Shown in pieces: positions 26,474 through 37,600 of a stretch of 64,000 nt of DNA. A model generated the notes under the pieces. It was not told the origin of the DNA. It ran no database searches and saw only the letters and a program-made list of their open reading frames with translations. The position numbers were made by a program, and so were the translations under genes. Each line of letters opens with the position of its first letter. The stretch's first letter is position 1. Source of the stretch: Bigelowiella natans CCMP2755 (Eukaryota; Protista; Cercozoa); contig ADNK01000517.1 of the NCBI GenBank assembly GCA_000320545.1, positions 1,556 through 65,555 of the forward strand, given 5' to 3'.

Positions 26474-27284
26474 ATGCCAAAGCAAAAAAAGCGGAAAGGC
26501 GGAAATGGCGACAAGAAGAAAAAGGACTTCCCAAAAAATGTCACTTCCGCTCCGAATCAGTCAACATCGCAAAAGAAAACACCAGCAGAAGGAACGGACT
26601 TCGTCGCTGTTGCTTCCGTTGATAAAATGGGCAACATTGATGGCCCTTGGATTAAGGAGATTCGAGAAATAGAGCAGGACACCAAGCACAAATTTGGAGA
26701 AAGAGGAACAGCCATCGCTGCCACCAACCCCCCTTTCGCAAATAACGCGGACAAACTGGTAATCGTAATATGTATCCATCGTTCTTCGAACTTAGAATTT
26801 GGAATATTGATTGCTACGATTTCTATCCATTTTGATTCTCCATTCAATAGGCTCATCAGCATCCACCCAACGCCGCTGTGAGCAACATAAAACTGATGGA
26901 CAGGAAACTTGTTAAGCCGGCACCAAGAAGTAGTTATACCAGGGTTTTGGGTAGTGGGCAGTCGTTGATTGGAAATATTAGAAGTGGAGTTGATAGTTTA
27001 TGTGCTGCTGAGGTGATGGCTATGGCGCAGTGATGGAATATGCCTATTTTTATTAACGGTGGTTCTTGTACATTGACGCCTCCTCCTTTGGACATACATA
27101 TTGTCTGGGAAACATTAGGAAGACCTCGTAAGCTTACGATAAGCGATCAATTTGTAGGGGCTTCGTTAGGAGGTAGAGTAAATTTATTCAGCTAACAAAA
27201 TGGACAATTATCACATTGGTCATTTGGTGTATATACCTGTTCACAATATGCTTAATCCCAACCCCAACAACCCCCCTCTTCTTT

Positions 27285-27322
<38 letters not shown>

Positions 27323-27335
27323 GAGAGACATTACA

Positions 27336-27385
<50 letters not shown>

Positions 27386-28710
27386 CAATGTATATGTTGT
27401 TAACTTACAACAAGGTAACTTGCGTCGGTTGATACATCTGCGACGCAAAGTCGCGATTGATTGCACCAACCGAAAATGGGGCTGGACCGCGCTTATGGCT
27501 GCGTCGGGAAATGGCCACCTCAACTGCGTGCGGTAGTAGTTTCACCATTAGTAAAAGTAGTAGCATGGCAGCTGTGATTATATAAGCATTCGTGCAAAAG
27601 CTGAAAGTGAGCACTTAACTAAACAGACACACACAATTAATGGTTGCGGGCTGTCGCCGCGATTTTTTGTATTTTACATATGCGCCTAATCAACCCACTC
27701 ATCACCATCATCACCATTGTAATCATTACTATCATCATCACAGGTATCTATTGACGTGTACAGCCTGCATAAATATACAGGAAAAGGTGGTTTGATTGAT
27801 TCGAATTCAATACCTTATTCTGTGCTACTTCATACTGATGTGAGGAAAATGCCATCTTTGTCCCTCTTCTTTTTCTTCATTTTTGTCGTCATTCTCATTT
27901 TACGGTTACACCCGCAGAGAAGCGGGTGGACGGCATTGATGCTGGCGGCACGTTCAATGAATTTGGACATTGTCGAGTATTTAATACGGCACGGAGCTGA
28001 TATAAAGGCCCGTAGCAGCAACCATCAAACAGTGTACGGGCTCGGAGATAGAGTGCTTGTTGGCAAAGCCATCCAAAGAGGGCTAGAGGCCAGAAGCAAG
28101 ATGAACAAAAGAATAAAAAAGGAAGAGGAGCAACATCATGCGAGGGGAGAAGAACAAGGGGAGGGAAAGGGCCAGGCCACCAATAGCAGGAAACCACTTC
28201 TTCAATGGTAGTACGATATGCAACTAAATATCCACTTCAATGTCACTCAGAGTACTGTGCGTCCGAACCCTAAAATTGAATTATGAGAACAGAATACAAT
28301 GGCAGATTTGCGCTTTTGAAATGACAACATATACATATGAAGTACTGTGAATGCTGTGAAATCTTTATAATCTTTTTTCCCTTTCCTTCATTGCCTTACG
28401 TGTAGGAACGAAGACGACGTAAGACTGTGGCTCAAAGCCGTAGGTTGTTCAAAGGTGGAAAAGGCTTTTGAAGAGAACATGGTTGATGGTGAGTGGCTTC
28501 TAGACATGAACGAGCAGGTAATGGAATGGGAAGACAATAAGGATTATATGAGAACTAGCTTTGAAAAACTTTTAGCTTTATGTAGCACTGGTGCAGCACT
28601 AATGCCTTACCAAAAAATGATAGGCATTAGACGAGCTCGGGATAGGCGATGAAAAGGTTCGCTCGAAGCTAAAACTTGAGATTAGTCGCTTGATATTAGG
28701 GCCAGACTAA
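26474..28710 (+). CDS. Ankyrin-repeat plus SAM-domain protein, multi-exon
   Basis: GWTALMAASGNGHLNCVRYLL and GWTALMLAARSMNLDIVEYLIRHGADI (ankyrin). W-NEDDVRLWLKAVG...FEENMVDGEWLLDM..ALDELGI (SAM). TAA at 28708-28710. Confidence 0.85.
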
Positions 28711-29501
28711 GTCGATCATATCTTTTCAATTTCACAAGGCAACGCTCTATACATTTATACTGATGATTACCCAATGTATTAAAGCGGAACTCAATGTAAA
28801 TAGAAATAGCAAGAAGGAAGATGCGCTTCTCTAATGCAAGTGGCTAGCGCTCGCGTGCGGTGTTGTGCTATTATTGGTCACGATCTGCATCGGATCAATC
28901 GCTGTGCGTTACGTGGCTGTCTCATATCCAAGGCAGAGCCCAGCTATGTCATCTGTGAGTCAGCATATAATGCATGTGATTTGTGGCACACTCCTATGTG
29001 ACTGCTCTGCACTCATCTATACGTCACTGAACTGTGCAAGCTTACATGCATCCACGATCATCACCTTGCCTCTCATCAAGCACACTCTAGATCTCATTTT
29101 TTTGGGGATCATTGCCGTGGCAGCTCAATGTGGACATTTAACTGCAGCACTGCAGCACATTAGCACATCGCATTCATCACTCGCCCATTGAACAAAAGTG
29201 TAAATAATGTTATAAATTCTGAAATATGATGAACGACGCGTTTATACGTTGGCGATGTCGACATGTCGACGCGCTCCTCGATGGCACAAGTACCCGGATC
29301 GAAGTTAGATATAAAGCAAGCAAACTTTAGCGCATATGCGATGCCATACATCAGCTAGATTAAATGACGTAGTGTTACAGGCCATACGAAAATAAGACAA
29401 TCCTGATACTACGATGTACCTCTTATCAACATGTACAGCATCCATCTCATCGATGCTAGGCAGACACTATATATTTCCTCAATAAGAATTACTTTCTTTC
29501 A

Positions 29502-31224
29502 TTATTCGAATTTTCCATAGAGGAAGTATACGCCGAAAGTGAGGAAGCCGACCATCAAAGAGAAGGCGCTCGCATAGTATGGGTATGCAACTAGAAGGAA
29601 TCTGTCGTATTCATCATGGCGATAAGGCTTGACCGAAACAGAATCCATCACTTCTATTGCCGAGAAACCCGGTCGTCTGTACGAAATCTTGATTTTGTAG
29701 CATCCATAAACATCTGGAGCTTTGAGGGTAGATTTGTAGTTTCCCTTTCCGTCCGTTTCCATCGTAGCTCGCACATATGGGTCCATCATTACTAGCTCTA
29801 TCTGCACATCATCATGGGTGAAAGGTTCCCAGCTGTTTGATTCTGCCATGAATTCTTGAATAACCAGCTTCACAACCTAATGAAGGCGGGGGGTGGGGGG
29901 TTAAAACCATTTATTTCAGAAAAGATACTTTATTTGTAGCAGTGAAAGTAACGGTTAAAAAAATTACCAAATCCTCCGATACACGATAAGTTGCAGGGTT
30001 AATCGCGCCTCCATCGAGTTTCTGGTGGGTGAAATTGACAGCCCGCAGGACACCTTTCTCCCTGAAGTTCCATTTGCTCAATGCAGACGCAAATGCCTGA
30101 TTACCAGCTTTCTTGGCTGGTGATTTAGCATCTTGGGATGGGGTTGCAAGTGATGCAAATGCAGATTCTTTCACAGGAGCGTTGAAGTATTTGTTGCTAA
30201 ACATTTCCCTCGATCCGACGAATGTTATGCGCGAATTGCTCCTGGACTGGACAGCGCTTACTAAAACAGTGTCGGACCCTGCACTCTCAGGATATTCTTT
30301 TACAACCTTTCCTGGGACGTAAGAGTAGCCAGTAGGAGAGGCCGTAAGAACCTTGAAAATCAACGAGCTATCGTCGTTGATTGCGTGCCCGATTCCATTG
30401 TAAACAATTGGAGTGTCAACGGAGATATCCCCAACGATGTTTTTCGAATCTTCGGTTAATTTCCCAATAACTTTAGTGTGCATGCCTTGCTCGTCACCCT
30501 CGATGTCGTGGTGAACATGGTCGATAACCATCGTGTTCTGGGAGTCAAAGTCGATTCCGCACTCATTTGCCAATTCACGATTGGTTTCGGTAGGGTCGGA
30601 ATCGACAATCACCATGGCATTTCTTCCGGAATCCAGGAATTCGGTCATATGGGTAACATCAAAGTCCCCTCCAAAATCTGTCGAAAAATCAACCAATTAG
30701 GAACGTGAATTATTTACTTTTCAAGAAAATGATAGCAGGTGCGGTTACCTTCAGTACTTGGCGAGAAGAGAATTACATTGTCGTATTCGAATTCTCCATA
30801 TTTTCCCGCTTTAAGAGTTCGGTCTTTTGCACTGAAGAATGAAAGCTTATGCCCCCGATCTGAGCATTAGTTTAGCAGATATGATTGGCTGAATTTACTA
30901 TCAATCTCTTTATTGCCTTCCCCTACGTTCTCTCCCTCTCTCTTCCCTCCAAAATATGATTTTACTGTGGATTTACATAGATGTAAACATTATTTTCCCC
31001 CTCTCGCTTCCTAAAACTCTGTGTTTCTCATTGGCATCACTCTTCAGGTCCTTGAAGAAGATCGAATGCGTGTGAGGAATTTTGGGGTCGTCAAGGATCA
31101 CGAGCGTCTTGGCCTCAAACCCTATGGCGTGCAGTGTTTGCACATTTAGGAAGAGGAAGAATAGGGACAGGATACGAATGAAGAGGTGTCGCGGGGCATT
31201 CGCAGTTGCCAGCGTGTCACGCAT
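29502..31224 (-). CDS. WBP1: Oligosaccharyltransferase 48-kDa subunit (OST48/DDOST/Wbp1)
   Basis: Signal peptide, THSIFFKDLK, LVSAVQSRSNSRITFVGS, DDVQIELVMMDPYVR, PDVYG, PYRHDEYDRFLLVAYPYYASAFS and a C-terminal TM helix. Confidence 0.95.
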
Positions 31225-31634
31225 GGTTCCAGAATGGAGGTCGTCCGCTGATTATTGCAATCGGTACCCAAGCTCGGTAGCCAGATTTTTGCCCGGGATT
31301 TCGATATTCCCCGATATTTTTAAGTTGCGTAAATCTCTAGGAGTTTGTTCTCTGTGACATCCCCGAACGATTGTCTCAAACAAAGAATTTCCTTTTGGGT
31401 TGTCCGCGGTCTTTCTCGGTTCTCCGGAGGTTCTTACGTCACGATGTTTCAGGAAAGTATCAGCGAACGACATCCTTTGTTATATGTCGTCGCGTCGCTG
31501 CGGTCATAAATTCCGACTGGTGAAGGAAAGAGTATGTATTTTGGAAGAATATTGTAATTTCGTCTTGACGCATCTAGTAAATCAAGGACAAACTAAGAAA
31601 TCTCAAAATAGTGCTCGAAACCTGATAGCTTGCC

Positions 31635-33668
31635 ATGAAGGCAGCTCGAGGGTCTTGTTTACCCAGCCCTCTCGCGCTCCTTCCCACCTCACTCACCCTT
31701 CTTTTTCTCTTTTTGAGTTCTTTATATTCTCATGCCAAACCTGTGGATACAAATGAACCCACCTGCAACTTTGTCAAAGAAATCTGCAACAGTGTCGAGA
31801 ACAAAGTACAGTCCAATTCTTGATCCATAATTGATACTGAAACGACCAGAGTGTAAAGATTCTCTTTTTAGATCCCTCTGGCTACTGGATCTCTGATATC
31901 TGCGCAAACAATTGAGGAAAATCTTTCTAATGACGATAAACGGAGCTTCGAGCACCTCCTTGGTCACGCCCTTCGAAATACATCAGCAGTCCATTTCATT
32001 TCACAGACTTTTGTGGACGTCATCAGCCAGGTTCATAATCTAGCAACAAGACTACATATATTTATCGAGCGAATGTGATTTCTCTCTTGCCATTGTCTTG
32101 CTTTAGAATAATGTGGAATTTGGGGAGTTAGTTATTATTTGCTATCTTCATAATAGGTGATGCAGAAAGCTGCAGCGGTTACAAATGGCACACAACCCGA
32201 CCAGTCACTCCTAAAAGCATATGGAACTGGCTCTCGAGGCAACACGGTATTTAGGAGCGAAAACCATTGATGCTGATTTTGAGCCACTCATGAATAAGTT
32301 TTATCGCAGGGCTACTCAGGGCCGTCCCTGGAGGCCATCAAATATGCATTATCTGCCAACGGTTGGAATTTATTTTAAGTCAAATGGATTTCTAAAGGAG
32401 AATATTAATTTTACAGTCCATTACTAACTTGTTCTCCCCTTCGTTATGAAAGGCAATATTCGGGAGAAGTGGGCTCTCATTTACATTCTAACCAAGAACC
32501 GTTATTTCGATGACGTGATGACCCCGCTAGCTGCACAGGCTAACAAAACTGGCGATATGTCTGTGCTGGAGAGCTTGGGGGTCAATGGCTCGGCTGTGGT
32601 ACAGAGATATCTCGATGTGTACGCAACGAAGAACGTTCTGGATCCTTCCGAGAAGTAAGAAATGCAACATAGACGCAGGAAAATCTGATTGATCGAGGAT
32701 GCGGACAGCAGTGTACGAATGAGACGAAATTGATTTATTTCTCTAGGTATAGCAATGGCATCATTGACTTTGCATTTGAACCGTTTAATTCCTGGGTTCG
32801 CTTCGACTTTGATGGCCCAGAGAACACCTGGTACCCAGATAAACAGTCGCGCTGATATCGCACATGCATCAAAGCATCTGAGATCCAATTTGCTCCTCTA
32901 TCATAGGAAAGGCGTACGTAACTCGAAGGCTGGCGGATGTGGCACAACAGACCTTTTCTCGAATGATCCTAGCATTTTCCCGCCACTGTCAAGGTACGAG
33001 CTAGAATACCAGTGCAACTCCACGCACACAGCCTGTAAGCTGATATGGGAGCCAGGGCTGCTCTGCTACGACATCGTCAACACCCCATTCGCCGCTGCCT
33101 CCGCTTCATCATCTTCAGCGAGGGAAATCCCTGGATATTTGGCCAGAGCAGATTCGCTGGGATATCGACACGTCGCAGGGCCCTCGGGTACCACTGCTAA
33201 CGTGCTCCAGCTGGCAGTCTTGCTTGGAATGGGCGGGGAGGAAGCTCTGGCACTTTTGAGATTGGCGATGGCCGCCTGGATGATTCCTACCGATGATCAC
33301 AGTTTTTTTGAGATCATGCTTGGAGCTGATTCCTTCCTTCCGCCAAAGTTTCGCCTTGCCATGGGTATGTTGCTGAATGTATTCGTTCTCCCTGCCTGCT
33401 AACCCCAATTACATTCCTCCCCCTAATTATATTCCTCCGTCTGTTTCGACATATTCTTCACTTAATATTCCTTGAACCATCAGGAATGGAGGACCTGGGA
33501 CAACTTATGCCCGAGAATCTCCATATAGGTAATAAGGTCTTCCTGAAGACTGACGTTTGGGGTTCAGTAGGTCAGTGGCTCCAGAGAACAGATGGGAAAC
33601 GGTTATGCAGCGTTATGACTCCGGAAGCACGTAGCTACCTATCGAAACTAACAGGTATCACATGCTGA
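31635..33668 (+). CDS. Secreted protein with MCF1-SHE-like domain (GPSGTT ... HSxxE), 8 exons
   Basis: Hydrophobic signal (LALLPTSLTLLFLFLSSLYSHA). Seven GT-AG introns give an open frame containing GNIREKWAL, VAGPSGTTANVL and AWMIPTDDHSFFEIM. TGA at 33668. Family assigned from motif recall only. Confidence 0.7.
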
Positions 33669-34251
33669 AAATCAGGTGCAGCGGTACAAAGTTCATTAGA
33701 AGAATAAGCGAACTTCACATTGATGAGAAAACTAGTAGTCTTTGGTAGAGATTACCCTCCTGATACATTCCGATATCTGCAGCGTTCGTCTGCAATATTT
33801 ATCTTGCAGGGCTCCCTAAATGCATGAATCTTTAGAAATTTTATGGTTACACTATACTGTGAAATCAAATTTAACTATTATTATTTAATTGTGTACACGG
33901 CATGTTTGTAACAAGCACACAAAAATAGACAGCAAAGCAATGCATGTGGTATCGTCTGAATCGTATTATAGTCATGCGATGATGATGTGAATGAAAGCAG
34001 GTGAGGAAAAAATGTAGCGCATGTCTAGCTAGCTAGATGTCTACAAATGCACCTGATCTTGTCTAGTTGTTGGCACATTGCATTAGCGTGTGTTCGTGTG
34101 GCACTCATGCCACGAGCGAGCGTGTTGACTGGCCACAACATGTGTGACTCTAGGACTGCATGTGCTAGTGTGGCTACACCATGACACGGCTAGATCGACG
34201 GCCGCTATGGGACGCGCTCTTTGATGATGTGCACGTGCGCCAACATCTCTA

Positions 34252-34577
34252 TGTTGCGCGTAAGGTGTTCACAGGCCGAGGCGCTACGTGCACAAGTAGG
34301 CAGGGGGGGGGAAAGGCACGTTTGCTTCCTTTTGAAGAGTTGTGTTTATTTTTATTAAAGATTATATTTTTATTAAATCGTGCACTGCGTAATCATTCGC
34401 GAAGCTTTCGCGAATGCCGCCGCACGTGGGGCAGCACACTTCCGGTGTGCTGCCATGAGTCCCGCCGGAACCCACGTGCCTATGCTGTATTAATATCTAC
34501 GTTATCTATATTCTATATCCGCGACAACCCCTTTGTTGTCGCACGTGACTTGTGCCCGCGTAGTGGTACGCGCTACA
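34252..34577 (-). repeat. 3' LTR (326 bp)
   Basis: Identical by eye to 39642-39967. 11-bp imperfect terminal inverted repeat TGTTGCGCGTA/TACGCGCTACA. AATAAA motifs on the element strand. Confidence 0.97.
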
Positions 34578-34585
34578 CCTCCCCC
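34578..34585 (-). other. Polypurine tract
   Basis: GGGGGAGG abuts the 3' LTR on the minus strand. A further purine run GGGAATAAGGAAGGAAGGAAGGAG lies just upstream. Confidence 0.85.
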
Positions 34586-34628
34586 AAGTCACGTTGCTCC
34601 TTCCTTCCTTCCTTATTCCCTTAGACCT

Positions 34629-37600
34629 TCATCGCTTTCGGAACTTCACCAACCACCAGGTAATAGATTCCTCTCTAACCTTATCTCCTTTGTCGCTTAC
34701 CCAGAACTCACCTTCGTCCTTAGGTTCGTGTCCATACCAGCCCTCTGCATCAAGGTCCCCCAGGACCTTATACCAGTGCTCAAAGGGTAAGTCGGGAACA
34801 GCTAGGTAGAGTAGCTGATATTTTCCGTCCTTTATTTTCATAGCTACCCTCTCCATATTTCGTAATCCAGGGTAGCCTAGATAGACAATCTTCATGCGCC
34901 AATCGTCGTTCACCCTGACCTTATTGTTTCCATATTCCACATCGAACTTAGGTCGGGGTCCTAAACAAGGCATTGCTCGCTCCCACACAGTAGGGTTTAC
35001 TTTAACATCCTCTAGGAGCTTCTCACCGATATCATAATTCTTTAGGTGACTGATGTGGCGCAAGGTGACCCTGTTCCCATCATAGATGTAGTACTGCTTC
35101 CTCCCCTTCCTCTCGGTAACCTTTGCAACGCCACCCCAGAAGGGGTCTTGTTTATTTCTCGATCTCAGATTTACCTTGGCCCTAACATACTGTCCTTCCT
35201 TTAGAACTCGGCCATCGTACGGGACCTTCTCGTCTTCGCTCTCGGTATCGTCGTCGTTGTCGTCGCCTTCTTCCCTCTCCTTATCCTTGATACCTCCCCC
35301 AGACGTGAAGGTGTCGTTTACTAACCCTTGTATCTTGTCTGGTGTGGTGCTATTTATCCTGCTTAGGTTGGCCAAGGTGCGGTGGAGTCGCTCTACCTTG
35401 GAGTTGGACTGGGCATAGTATACAGGTGAGGCATCAATATTAGGGTGTGGTAGCTGTAGAAGAGAGGTCTCATTATCCACATGTAACTTCTTTGGTATCT
35501 TGTTTATGCTAACTTCATCAGGGATAGCCTGGAGCTCAGACTCCCAGGTACGGTAGCAGTTAGTAAGCCTCTGCTTATATAAGCCTTTGTTCTTCTTAGC
35601 AACGTTGACCTTGATAATCTTTTTAACCCAGCACTTTCCAGTGGCCACATCAACGAAGGTAAGGTAGTGATAGCCATCGTACTTATAAACATCAATTTGC
35701 ACGATATCTAAGAAGTTCCTTGCTTTGATTTTCTTAGATGCACGGCTCTTGCTGGACTCCTTGGTGGCGACGCCTGCCGCCTTCAAGCTGGAGCACCTGC
35801 AGCCACGCAGGTATGTCCTTATCTCTTTTAGCTTGTAGGGCCAGTAGTAATGGTAGAGTAGAGCAGTGATATGGTTTTCTCCTACGTGTGCAGGTCCATG
35901 GGCGGTAAAGAGAAGGGCTCCCCTGGTCCGCCGTGGCACGTAGGTACGCCTAACATTATTAGTGTATACATATATCCTATCACTAAGTACCTCATGCTTG
36001 TGTTTGTATTTATCCAGGTGTTCTTGAAGGTGCTGGAGCTCCTCTGGCTCAGGCAGGAAGTCGCCGTCCTCGAAGGTAATCGCGTTAACCATAGGGGTGA
36101 CCTGGGTAGGGACTTTCTTTTCGAACAGCCTGCTGAAATAGTCAGCAAGCTGCTTGTCTCCTGGTGCGTAGACCACTGTCCTCTTGTCCCTAAACTCTTC
36201 CGTGTCCGCCCTCATAGCTGCATACTCATCGTTAGGCGCTTCGAGCTTGCGGTCGATGCCTAGGAGGGGCTTGTGGTCAGTCATTAAGGTGAAGCTGGGC
36301 ACCGACAGCAGGTAGTATCTTAGTTTCCTCTGCGCCTCAGTCATGGCTTTATACTCTCCTTTTGTAGGGCTGTACTTGGCCTCAGCTGCTGTGCAGGCCC
36401 TGCCCCACACCCGTATGATCTGCTGGTCTTGGGTAAGTACAGCAGCCATACCTAGCTTAGACCAGTCTGTCCATAGGGTAGCTGGTCTAGTAGTGTCTAG
36501 CTTAGCATTCAATAGGGTGTTGCTGCATAACTTTATTAGGTTATCGAAGTGGGCATCAAGGCCAGCCTTGGCCCACACCTTAGCGAAGCTGAGGCCTACA
36601 GAGTTCTCCTTCCGGTAAGCAGTAGTAAAAGCAGCTGCAGTCCTAGCGTAGGTAGGGGAGAACCTACGTAGTATCCAAGCTGCAGTCTGCAAGAATGACT
36701 TTAACTCCTTTGCATTCTTAGGTTTAGGGGCTTGCTGTAGTGCTGCTACTTTCTCGGGGTTTGGGGTGATGCGGCCTTGCTCCAGGTAATATCCACACCA
36801 CTTGATTCTTGTAGCTAGGAATGTACACTTCTGCAGTCTAATAGTAAAACCGAAGTGTGCAAACCTAATAAATATATTTTCCAGGAGGAAGATCTGAGCG
36901 ACGACTGTGTTGGTACATATTATGTCATCATCCACATACACAAACACAAACACCCACAACACAGACGCCATCCCATCATGTGTGTATGCCCTGTAGTTCT
37001 GACTACTGAACGCATCCCCTGATATGCTTAGGCCGTAAGGGAATACGACGAAGTGCCACTTCCTGTGCCTGCTGGAGAACGCGGTAATGGGGCGGGAGGT
37101 TTTGTGGATGGGTGTCTGCATGTATGATTCATTTTTATCTAGGGAAGAGTAGTATTTGTATCCTATGACGTGTTCAATAACGTCATCTATCCTTGGTGTA
37201 GGTGTCTGGATCCTCTTTATTACTCGGTTGTGGCGGATGAAGTTGTGCGCCAGGCGGAAGAAAGGGTAAGTAGGTTTCTTAGCTAGCACATGTCTCACGT
37301 TCCATGGTGAGTTGCTTGGCTCTATCTTCCCTTCCTTTGCCCATTCATTGATCTGCCACTCTATCTTTTCCCAGTCCGCTTCCGGTCGCCTATGTTCTGG
37401 GTCATTGATGATGCACTCTTCGTATCCCTTCTTTAGCTCGATCTTTACTGGGGTAAGCTTGCTGGAGGGCTTCGTCGTCGGCTTGGTGATGTCAGAGTAC
37501 TTCTCGTTTAATATTTTATTAATGTACTTTTTGCCTTTGTCGATATCCCAATCATCAGCTGGGGGGGTCTTGTCCAGTAGCTCCGTTATCTGTCGGATGG

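Noticed and set aside
34181-34624. 147-aa and 115-aa plus-strand ORFs duplicated at 34181 and 39625
   Set aside because: Antisense read-through of the identical LTRs, with no protein features.
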